Below, piece after piece: positions 14,301-19,229 of a DNA stretch of 64,000 nt (its first letter is position 1; each line of letters starts with the position of its first letter). The position numbers and the translations under genes are program-made. The notes under the pieces were generated by a model, which was not told the origin of the DNA, did no database searches, and saw only the letters and a program-made list of their open reading frames with translations. This DNA is from Candidatus Kerfeldbacteria bacterium (GTDB lineage: Bacteria; Patescibacteriota; Patescibacteriia; UBA10025; JAHIVO01): NCBI GenBank assembly GCA_047946875.1, contig CP181398.1:777041-841040 (forward strand). Direction: 5' to 3'.

Positions 14301-15252
14301 GATCAGACAATGGATATGTAGAAACAATTTCGGGATCAACATCATCTACTGTAGTACCTACTTCAAACTGCCAATAATATGCATCATCAGTAGCTCCTGT
14401 TAGCGGATGATCATCTAAAATAGCGCCAGCTAAAGCATCAGCCAATGGATTAGACTTATTATCAGTTACTGATATAGGTATCCATAATCTGTAATTAGTA
14501 TTTTGAACAAGACTGCCAAATAAAGTATCATCATGCTTCAAAGTAAAACCATTATTGAATGTTACTAATTCAAGCGGGGTTAGAAAAGGTGTGGCAGGAG
14601 GGCTAGGATAATGCCATCCACTCCAAATACCTGAGCCTTGTGGCAGAGTTTCTTCTTCAATATATATTAAGTCAGAATTGTCACCAGCAAATACGGCTGC
14701 AAAAGTAGCTGGATCAATTTTATTATTAAACACAGACTGTAACCTACTACACATAGTTACATCCACAGCCCAATCAGTTCCAGAAGCAACACTTGTCTGA
14801 GTATAATTCCAAGTAAACTCATATGGTGGGAAAACACTACTAGAACCACTACCCGTACCAGGACCACCAGTAACTTTATTAGCTGTATCAACTATAAAGG
14901 AAACAATAGCCCAAGATAATAAAACAATCACCAAGCCAATAGCAGCTTGGGTAATAATTTTCTTAGCTTTGGCAATTTTATCTTCGTTACCAGCTGCAGT
15001 CATCCAAATAAATCCACCGTAAATCATCATTATAACCGCCACTAAACCAAGGAATCCTAAAGCCCACTGTATGATATTAATGATTGTTGACTCTAAATCT
15101 GCCGTACCTAAACTCAATGTAGTACCAATATTTGGGTCTACGGTCACAGCATATACCTGACTTGCAACAAGTAATCCACCAGCAATCAAAATGAATACAA
15201 ACAAACCTGTGAATATTCCAAAAAATATATTTTTTTTATTTCGTACCCCCAT
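5308..15252 (-). CDS. Giant secreted surface protein, 3314 aa. It has an N-terminal signal-anchor plus two-helix pilin-like hydrophobic segment, T/N/G-rich Ig-like/beta-rich repeats, two Cys-rich modules and two BNR/Asp-box (SxDxGxTW) beta-propeller-like repeat blocks at the C-terminus.
   Basis: Single 9945-nt ORF with ATG at 15252-15250. N-terminus MGVRNKKNIFFGIFTGLFVFILIAGG, then IINIIQWALGFLGLVAVIMMIYGGFIWMTAAGNEDKIAKAKKIITQAAIGLVIVLLSWAIV. C-terminal third contains about 11 Asp-box motifs (SNDGGLNW, SSDLGTTW, STNSGVTW, STDNGNNW, TNDSGATW, SDNNGATW, SDNGGASW, SLNDGITW, SPDHGISW, SNNDGVTW, SDDEGITW). Two CxxC-rich linkers are present (CGAPVCVPSVPLCGGIPACPPICTIVEDPDCACQDNNGCCP and ACVPTTPLCGGGCPLLCSVVQDPDCGCQDGNGCCP). 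Confidence 0.85.
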   Translation of the reverse strand: MGVRNKKNIFFGIFTGLFVFILIAGGLLVASQVYAVTVDPNIGTTLSLGTADLESTIINIIQWALGFLGLVAVIMMIYGGFIWMTAAGNEDKIAKAKKIITQAAIGLVIVLLSWAIVSFIVDTANKVTGGPGTGSGSSSVFPPYEFTWNYTQTSVASGTDWAVDVTMCSRLQSVFNNKIDPATFAAVFAGDNSDLIYIEEETLPQGSGIWSGWHYPSPPATPFLTPLELVTFNNGFTLKHDDTLFGSLVQNTNYRLWIPISVTDNKSNPLADALAGAILDDHPLTGATDDAYYWQFEVGTTVDDVDPEIVSTYPLSDQASPSYEDRDVTRVPIFSINFNEAIDATTIDDSMNPGHPIVANFVLEQLDGQLGAVDSTVNNTTDLNVYITPQGFSVHLDAGLVLEPFTWYRVTVSGVQDLCGNDMVAYLPWEFQTNDLVPGVGLVNPAPGDLLVCPDIVITVPFNTSMYYDEVTIMIDGSNGDHFEAMIDASTRPPAGPYAIYGIGGYIEIIDDVDLSVAGNVINNHFRVFQFHPADAALNPVPLVSGVDYTVHVITNKPIDKDLNPLLYDWSFSVTTPDLCECAPYISHIAPGSGLREQCITVVGSCFQGTTAHPATITNFEFTDHNIIPPPPAPITPGIVGGVTATNLTSTIPAPFVQFERPKPQIEISYIDPAFGVATSDNLGAYYYVSDPNISGGPCIWGINPASGYHGTTVSLSGIRFDPHNVTQVVNFDANDAPINSWVDNFISTEVPSIAPNIATFGLNAVTIINNAGASNPVDFTVMPIPPNHPVVINRSPVCDSACVNAMIQADVSYDVTASINAANVKLYSCTDSSCSFVTGLAQIGNNPTSIFTTFTNIDISPNANLAPNTYYRVVLMKGIEINAIPGSSLGGLNFDDSDDGTLDAYSWTFKTRIDPTVCEIDNVVMNPGIPITRQINLNLNYIGSAVGFPDSCNLAGQVLNPIGFDWTWTVVDPAPPRPARATIPIVPPNPGGNNAVIHTDVNTDGTPVFVEASAQDIIGPGNASIQGELTINDCTNNIDCENACPVDGNHSTCDLTTFKCTPWVGDLTVPLPPIQPLGWGLNPDSGPTGTTVTITGCNFGNITGVLEFGGNPGIFNCANPWTDSEIIATVNVPAIGLYGVRINTVDGLSNAAQAPTVMFTATNLCASGAQPPITGLPGLCNVVPAAAYEGTNPITYNGYNLTLNNTPQTIARFDDGVGGYINDITGQGFDTTFDNVTVPLGAVTGKTRISVIEPAGPLYCDSNEVNFGISCSNNSHCIDAGFGSCCNTTTNICDPSGGFCSLGGPGSACQLPANFTSNGFCGAPAPLVTDNNYRCIDNSGNLDPDGNGDFDAPPKTITTIGVPANNSCITCCDPDVNNNNVLNEPNDQQISSTGLTCVANKGNCTNNQRGLYCGCDYDPSDPAPGDAQCGTEFCGKDTCCYNRPDVTSTIPADGAGNVCRNASISIYFAGAAIDPATVNDTNIILENGGVSIPFTASVSLAGDEIIISPTGLMDQTTNYDLYMKAGPEGVLSTQGIAMEPGPYFTSNVYPDPYLDFHISFTTGDIICQVDNLLVQSTILPLYTYDISDYGDLFTCAGDACLGDYVPVPGLAGNQHAYTAAPRDNNNQNLTIGSFTWTWTENDPIDIFTTTNPGPPNARYITSNNQNGAASLSIGVASTDYGSLTQNVSIRNILCESPWPNVSAGETLPFEDSVQYPKIDTITTNNNFDTNFSTWYCLDGGLPTLKLVIDTVVHEGTPSTIGVDELLKEFFFLRDLSDDAIGIRVYENEEGKSAREWYFNHFGSAAPAPQDIVVDGYNAIRSGRTVYVAAWNISGTGFDGAAQVGDALYPQLYLISYNEGASAETLSIYNALLANWKFTINDTDTNKEKMHRDMKRVSDLNDIYTGALEYKEINGEFPKLEGGTYIKNLTSSGWPSWSDKLGSSLGLSMPTDPYNIFDICLAPFNTSTCWDDTNQEYFCPSNSYTYQYIVSPDGKNVDLYGHLEYLIYGGFNTWNIGLAGVFDPCSSFTNADCNCFNYFKNVTGTITDRVGPQFDAVTLNTVAPVANIFNNVNGTQAVEVILTDLPIATATGVAKVEFYIDGQYKYTDDDPASWSWNFISNEYVDGNHSLLLKAYDNVGNWSNSPTYTLVINNSGVVNNPPFIDIISLADGQTITGTVPIDVVASDDGGIIGVEIHAFDSDGVETPCALHVFGGLSNPYSGTHLWDTVGDCTGPPIAPDTPNGIYTLIATATDNTTLVSTKTIFVKVENFDTTAPVVTIGNIPGTCSGVGPPCNQVTPCGAGIICQRKDVIDIDITVDDLNWIDYVQVFVDNIFRGNATHVANNQWTWEWDTLGYLNEEHDIRIDAYDMYGNIGSATITIPVDNEMNDKIAPTISFIHPPTPIYGTAVVGDIDIEVDANDNRGVQHVNFYIDYHRQFVDPLVPYSYAINTDVLTDGWHSIQAEAVDTAGNRSESIEILVNVRGNGGPQIIMPTVNPPTGGTGTDFCFRAEVTDADGIASVQAVLQNPDGISVISANNPVAMTDPDLDNIFEGVWTSDISNTSFYVDVIAEDNAGNISFYDNIPSVAGACGAPVCVPSVPLCGGIPACPPICTIVEDPDCACQDNNGCCPAGLGCTFATDNDCPPPAIPPIAADIMVGTHSGSTADIFLTNDGGSTWNNNFSAGGTSYPESFLNVGGVLFAGLQGSFGPGGGHVVLISNDGGLNWAVTPNPLGTSGDAEDLIFFGGKIYAATDEGIFTSSDLGTTWNLLTVFTTQVDALAQDGSDVYAGLLTGKVYRCVAGALPCIEVMDTGGGTISEILSFGSSIIVASQNGHIYESTNSGVTWTVTNMPTLAIYTLMENGGFVYAGGDSENFYRRSGIGTWTALGTVPAGALNIISSASDNNAMFIGTTSAAVYRSTDNGNNWIKLADLVNPANDVDFVFTLYAFGGAAPACVPTTPLCGGGCPLLCSVVQDPDCGCQDGNGCCPSGVGAPVCTFATDTDCPAAATFLAATGNVSGGIWGTNDSGATWTHIVDLPGQVYADSFVERLGSYYVGSSPDGNIYRSDNNGATWYDTANLTIGGFDAGNIDIILNHNNRLLAGTRPGGNIFYSDNGGASWNPSGDLAGAIRVWSIIDFGGDLWAGTQENGDMFYSLNDGITWFDDPGDLGVDVKRVDAVIEQNSNLIVGARFEDVASALNDQYGRIYLSPDHGISWNMQIDFGIYTMVSSIVLFNSDLFAAVGSGPATQIYRSNNDGVTWTNVGTASISSGVIEVLDGALYVYGSNGDVARSDDEGITWNLQGTIPGVGTIWDIIEL
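10026..15252. repeat. Copy 2 of the ~5.2-kb direct duplication (5' half of the 3314-aa gene)
   Basis: Same as copy 1. Identity ends exactly at the start-codon region: both copies share ...aaaaaatatattttttttatt and then diverge (MNKK... versus MGVRNKK...). Upstream regions are unrelated. Confidence 0.9.
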
Positions 15253-15298
15253 AATTATAATTAAAAATTTATTGACAAGCTATTTAAATTTCTAAAGT

Positions 15299-15739
15299 CT
15301 AACCCAACTCATCTTTGACAATCTGGGTCACCAGTTTACCGTCAGCCTGACCATTCAATTTAGCCATTGTCTGACCCATCACTGCCCCAAAATTCTTATT
15401 ATCACCCATTTTATCGATAATTTCTAAAACAATTTTTTTTACATCATCTTCAGACATCTGCTCTGGTAAATATTTTTCTATAATCTTCAATTCATCTTTT
15501 TCTTTTTGTGCCATTTCTTCTCGCCCACCTTTTGCAAAAGAATCCGCTGCTTCTTTTCGTCTTTTTGCTTGGTTGGACAATACTGACAAAACCTCATCAT
15601 CACCTAATTCTTTTTTCTTTAATTCAATAGACTTATTTTGCAATGCACTTTTTACCATACGCAAAACAGACACTTCTAATTCATTTTTCTGTGTCATGGC
15701 TTGTCTAATATCTTGTTCTATTTTGTTTTGCAAAGACAT
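15299..15739 (-). CDS. yqeY: GatB/YqeY domain protein
   Basis: 146 aa. Full-length collinear resemblance to YqeY family (MSLQNKIEQDIRQAMTQKNELEVSVLRMVKSALQNKSIELKKKELGDDEVLSVL...AKRRKEAADSFAKGGREEMAQKEKDELKIIEKYLPEQMSEDDV). Confidence 0.8.
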   Translation of the reverse strand: MSLQNKIEQDIRQAMTQKNELEVSVLRMVKSALQNKSIELKKKELGDDEVLSVLSNQAKRRKEAADSFAKGGREEMAQKEKDELKIIEKYLPEQMSEDDVKKIVLEIIDKMGDNKNFGAVMGQTMAKLNGQADGKLVTQIVKDELG

Positions 15740-15770
15740 AGCTAATAAAAAGTTATGTTTTGTATAAAAA

Positions 15771-16070
15771 TTACTTTTTTATTCTTGCTTGAAGGAGTTT
15801 TTTTATTGTCCCTCTTTTATTAGGTCTTCTTGGATCAATAAAATCATCTAACTTACCGATCTTTCGAAGTAACTCTTTTTTATCTTTGATTAGAGTACGT
15901 CTAGCAGCATCTCCTTTTTTCTCCAATTTACTTTTTTTAATAGAGTAATATCTACCTTTTTTAGCCTGTAATAAAATACCACTTGATTGAACTCGTTTTG
16001 TAAATCTCCTTATTAAACTTTCGGCTGATTCACTGTCTTTCTTTTTTACTTCTACCACTTGAGAATACAC
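15771..16070 (-). CDS. rpsU: 30S ribosomal protein S21
   Basis: 99 aa, basic, with the motif ...SAESLIRRFTKRVQSSGIL...RRYYSIKKSKLEKK typical of S21. GTG start abuts an AAGGAGG Shine-Dalgarno; the true start may be the second GTG at ~16058. Confidence 0.75.
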   Translation of the reverse strand: MYSQVVEVKKKDSESAESLIRRFTKRVQSSGILLQAKKGRYYSIKKSKLEKKGDAARRTLIKDKKELLRKIGKLDDFIDPRRPNKRGTIKKLLQARIKK

Positions 16071-16227
16071 CTCCTTTTCAATATTTTTTTAGTTATTTAA
16101 TATTAATAATATACCACTTATTTAGCACTATTGTCAATTAATGTTATTAATATATTAGAAAAAACAACAAATATATTGTTTAATAATATTCATTAGCTAA
16201 TGTTAGCAATTATTGTTCTTTTTTAAG

Positions 16228-16268
16228 CTGTCCGCCCCCGCCTACGTCGTCACTTTGGCGGGCAGGTC
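16228..16268. other. GC-rich palindromic hairpin (ccgcccccgcc...ggcgggcagg) in an AT-rich intergenic region
   Basis: A ~40-nt island of >70% GC with inverted repeat CCGCC/GGCGG arms between rpsU and the HIT gene. No T-tract in terminator orientation. Resembles the GC-rich inserts in the tRNA-Val loci. Confidence 0.4.
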
Positions 16269-16591
16269 TAGAGGTCTGCCAAAAAATGTATATGTAGATG
16301 CATTACTTCTTGCCCACAATCTTTACCAGTATTTACTACCAACTTATACCCTTTTTCATTTAATCCTAGATTATTTGCAATTTCTTTTGTCCCTAACATC
16401 ATATCTGACAACAACTTACTATCATCCATATCTAGATGTAACATCGATTTGATATGTTTTTTCGGTATAAACAAGTAATGAATCGGCGCCTTAGGAACAA
16501 TATCTTTGATTACTATAAAATTATCTCGATCTAAAATATATTCCGTGGGTATTTCTTTGTTTATTATTTTACAAAAAATGCAATCATCCAT
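16268..16591 (-). CDS. HIT-family (histidine triad) nucleotide hydrolase
   Basis: 107 aa. Histidine triad HLHIHFL near the C-terminus and N-terminal CIFCKII motif typical of HinT-like proteins. Confidence 0.85.
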   Translation of the reverse strand: MDDCIFCKIINKEIPTEYILDRDNFIVIKDIVPKAPIHYLFIPKKHIKSMLHLDMDDSKLLSDMMLGTKEIANNLGLNEKGYKLVVNTGKDCGQEVMHLHIHFLADL

Positions 16592-16603
16592 AATTAGCTC
16601 TAA

Positions 16604-18055
16604 TTATAACTTCTTTTCTTTTTTTTCATTTTTCTCCTTGACTCCATATTTCTCCAATCTTTTTTGTAACTCTGGGATTATCTTATCAAAATCTACAGTT
16701 TCTTGAATTCCGTTTTCCATATCTCTAATTAAGATTGTTCCATCTAATATTTCTTTTTGTCCGATAATAATCGTATACTTTGCATATTTTTTATTTGCTT
16801 GTTCCATCTGATTTTTCAATCCATCTTTAGAAAAATTTTCTGCAATTTTAAAACCTAATAATCTTAAATCCTCAAATAATTTTAAAGATTTTTTTCTAGC
16901 TTCATCACCTAGCTGAGCTACGAATAAATCAGGTTTCTGCTCCCCAGGAACTTTTATATCTCTATTTTTTAGCTCAATAACCAACCTCTCCACACCACAA
17001 GCAAACCCCATGGCAGGAGTTTCTTGACCGCCGAGTGCTTCTACTAATTGATTATACCGACCTCCTCCTCCAAGAGCGCTCTGTGAACCAGGTTTAGCTT
17101 TCTTATCTTCATGATCAGATTCTATATTTTCTTCCTCTTTTTTATCATCTTTCTTTTCTTCAGTTTTAACCAATTCATTTTTTTCTTCCGTCTTTTCTAT
17201 CTCAACCGTATTATCTGGCCAAATTTCAAAAACTGTACCAGAATAATAATCCAAACCACGTACTAAACGTGAATTCAAAACATAAGGGACCTCCATACTA
17301 TCAAGATGCTCTAATACTTTAACGAAATGCTGATTTGAATCTTCATCTAAATAATCAATAATTTGCGGCGCATCTTGAGATAGCAATTTACAATCTTCTT
17401 CTTTACAATCCAGTAATCGTAAAGTATTTTTTGTCATTCTTTTTTTACAGTCTTCACACAATGAATTTTTTCGTGAACGATAATAATCCAATAAAGCTTT
17501 TCTATATACTTCTCTACTCTCAACAGACCCAATACTATTGACCTGCAATGATACTGGTAAACCAAGTTCTTTATATAAATTAAAAGACATCATCATGAGC
17601 TGTGCATCAACGACTGGATGATTCTCTCCAATAACTTCAAATCCAAACTGATGAAATTGTCTATATCGGCCAGCTTGTGGTCGATCATACCTAAAAAACG
17701 GCCCATAATAAAACAATTTAACGGGTTGTGGTCTATTTAGCATCCCGTGTTCTATATAAGCTCTAACTACACCAGCCGTCCCTTCTGGACGAAGTGATAT
17801 TGAATCGCCTCCCCTATCTTCAAATGTATACATTTCCTTTTCAACAATATCTGTCTCTTTACCCACCGATCTTACAAATAAAGATGTATCTTCTAATATA
17901 GGCATATCGATACGTCCATAACTATAAACATTAGCAATCTCCTCAACTTTATTTCTAATATAAATCCAATACTTCTGATCCTCAGGTAAGATATCTTTCA
18001 TCCCTCTTAATTTCTGCAATGATTTTTTTAATTTTACTGGTGCTTTTGTTGGCAT
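16604..18055 (-). CDS. hisS: Histidine--tRNA ligase
   Basis: 483 aa with class II aaRS motifs (RPEGTAGVVRAY, FYYGPFFRYDRPQAGRYRQFHQFG, GGGGRYNQLVEALGG) and a C-terminal anticodon-binding domain. Carries a ~45-aa E/K-rich low-complexity insertion (EKTEEKNELVKTEEKKDDKKEEENIESDHEDKK). Confidence 0.9.
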   Translation of the reverse strand: MPTKAPVKLKKSLQKLRGMKDILPEDQKYWIYIRNKVEEIANVYSYGRIDMPILEDTSLFVRSVGKETDIVEKEMYTFEDRGGDSISLRPEGTAGVVRAYIEHGMLNRPQPVKLFYYGPFFRYDRPQAGRYRQFHQFGFEVIGENHPVVDAQLMMMSFNLYKELGLPVSLQVNSIGSVESREVYRKALLDYYRSRKNSLCEDCKKRMTKNTLRLLDCKEEDCKLLSQDAPQIIDYLDEDSNQHFVKVLEHLDSMEVPYVLNSRLVRGLDYYSGTVFEIWPDNTVEIEKTEEKNELVKTEEKKDDKKEEENIESDHEDKKAKPGSQSALGGGGRYNQLVEALGGQETPAMGFACGVERLVIELKNRDIKVPGEQKPDLFVAQLGDEARKKSLKLFEDLRLLGFKIAENFSKDGLKNQMEQANKKYAKYTIIIGQKEILDGTILIRDMENGIQETVDFDKIIPELQKRLEKYGVKEKNEKKEKKL

Positions 18056-18057
18056 AG

Positions 18058-18708
18058 TTAATTTGTTATTAAATTATATTCTGGGGCTGAGAAACTACTA
18101 AATTGATCAAATGGCCATACTCTCAACCAAGCTCGCCCAATTATATTATCTCCATTTAGAGGTCCAAAACTTCTAGAATCTAAACTCACTGGCCTATTAT
18201 CCCCCATTAAATAATATTCTTCCTCGCCTATTTCTTCTTTTTTATAACCCGATGTTATCATACCATCTTTTAAATAACTTTCAGATAATAAAAATCCATT
18301 AATGTTTTCATTATTATGAATAATAATATCACCATCCTTAATCTCAACAGTTTCACCAGGTAAACCTATGATTCTTTTAATTAAATAATCAGATTTTTTT
18401 TCTGGAACTTTTACTACTACAACATCCCCACGTTCTGGATCAGTAAAACGATAAGTTATTTCATCAACAATTAAATACTCATTATCATAATAATTTGGCT
18501 CCATGGATGCTCCTCGAACATAAAAAGGTTGAAACAAAAAATATCTAATTGGTATTATTACCACTAGTGCTATCAAAACTATTTTAACCAATTCTATAAT
18601 AAAACCTTTTGGAGATTTAGCAAAAGATGGAATATCATCATTTTGATTATCTTTATTATCATTCTCACTCTTCTTATTTTGATTTACTGATTTGTCCGTT
18701 TGTTTCAT
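18058..18708 (-). CDS. lepB: Signal peptidase I
   Basis: 216 aa. TM helix, then catalytic Ser box GASMEP, Lys box YLIKRIIGLPGE and GDNR box typical of S26 peptidases. N-terminal N/K/D-rich low-complexity extension. Confidence 0.9.
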   Translation of the reverse strand: MKQTDKSVNQNKKSENDNKDNQNDDIPSFAKSPKGFIIELVKIVLIALVVIIPIRYFLFQPFYVRGASMEPNYYDNEYLIVDEITYRFTDPERGDVVVVKVPEKKSDYLIKRIIGLPGETVEIKDGDIIIHNNENINGFLLSESYLKDGMITSGYKKEEIGEEEYYLMGDNRPVSLDSRSFGPLNGDNIIGRAWLRVWPFDQFSSFSAPEYNLITN

Positions 18709-18749
18709 AAAATTTTTTTAGTATCGATTGTTTATTTTTATTTGGTGAA

Positions 18750-18811
18750 TGGTGGGTTCGAGAGGAGTTGCCCCGCAGTGCGGGATCCCGTTCGCGAGAA
18801 ACCTCTAAATT
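18750..18811 (-). other. Truncated duplicate of the 3' 28 nt of tRNA-Val(GAC) (T-arm 5' strand to CCA), interrupted in the T-loop by a 29-nt GC-rich palindrome
   Basis: 18750-18770 (tggtgggttcgagaggagttg) is identical to 18852-18872, the tRNA 3' end. 18805-18811 (aacctct) matches 18873-18879. The intervening ccccgcagtgcgggatcccgttcgcgaga forms a CCCGCA/TGCGGG hairpin. No 5' half of a tRNA is present. Confidence 0.6.
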
Positions 18812-18851
18812 ATGTTATCTCTTTCAAATGATTTTATAAAGTTTTCTAAGC

Positions 18852-18928
18852 TGGTGGGTTCGAGAGGAGTTGAACCTCTGACCTCCACAATGTCAATGTG
18901 GCGCTCTAACCAACTGAGCTACGAACCC
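18852..18928 (-). tRNA. tRNA-Val (anticodon GAC), CCA encoded
   Basis: The reverse complement GGGTTCGTAGCTCAGTTGGTTAGAGCGCCACATTGACATTGTGGAGGTCAGAGGTTCAACTCCTCTCGAACCCACCA folds as a canonical cloverleaf. Anticodon loop is TTGACAT; discriminator is A73. Confidence 0.9.
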
Positions 18929-18948
18929 AATATAAATAGTCCTATGAA

Positions 18949-19081
18949 TGGTCGAGGCTGAATTCGAACCAGCGACTTCTGCAATGTGAATACAGCGCTC
19001 CCCGCCCGTACCAAACGGGTACGTTCGGGCGGGTAACTTCATCCCGCCTGTTCTAGGCGGGGCAAGCTGAGCTACACGACC
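18949..19081 (-). tRNA. tRNA-Val (anticodon CAC) interrupted by a 62-nt GC-rich structured insertion in the D-loop (intron-like, or a pseudogene)
   Basis: The reverse complement reads GGTCGTG TA GCTC AGCTTG [62 nt] GAGC G CTGTA TTCACAT TGCAG AAGTC GCTGG TTCGAAT TCAGC CTCGACC A. All canonical positions are in place (U8, A14, U33, anticodon CAC, A37, T54-T55-C56, A58, A73) apart from a U6-U67 mismatch. No encoded CCA. Confidence 0.65.
19001..19062. repeat. 62-nt GC-rich palindromic insert inside the tRNA-Val(CAC) D-loop: two hairpins CCCCGCC-n7-GGCGGG and CCCGCCCG...CGGGCGGG
   Basis: cccgcccgtaccaaacgggtacgttcgggcggg taacttcat cccgcctgttctaggcgggg. >70% GC in a ~30% GC context, with two perfect inverted repeats. 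Confidence 0.7.
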
Positions 19082-19229
19082 ACATTATCTTAAGCGCTGA
19101 TACAAGATTTTTGATATTAAATTAATATTACCAATTCATCAAAAAAACCCTTTAAATACGTAATAATTGGTACAATTATACCACAAAAAAACAAAAAGTC
19201 AAGAAAAAATACCTACCTAAATCAATGCA

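Noticed and set aside
1-15252. Interpreting the two near-identical 5.2-kb blocks as a CRISPR-like or IS/transposon repeat
   Set aside because: Both copies are in-frame coding sequence of giant protein genes, in direct orientation. There are no terminal inverted repeats, transposase or integrase ORFs, and no spacer-repeat periodicity.
16213-16268. GC-rich hairpin downstream of the HIT gene as a rho-independent terminator
   Set aside because: The flanking T-run is on the wrong side for the minus-strand transcript (the RNA would have A's after the stem), and there is no T-tract after the stem on the plus strand either. Kept only as a GC-palindrome element.
16604-18055. E/K-rich insertion in HisRS as a separate domain or mobile insertion
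   Set aside because: It is in-frame and low-complexity, and sits in a loop region between the catalytic motifs. Such idiosyncratic insertions are common in small-genome aaRS and give no evidence of mobility.
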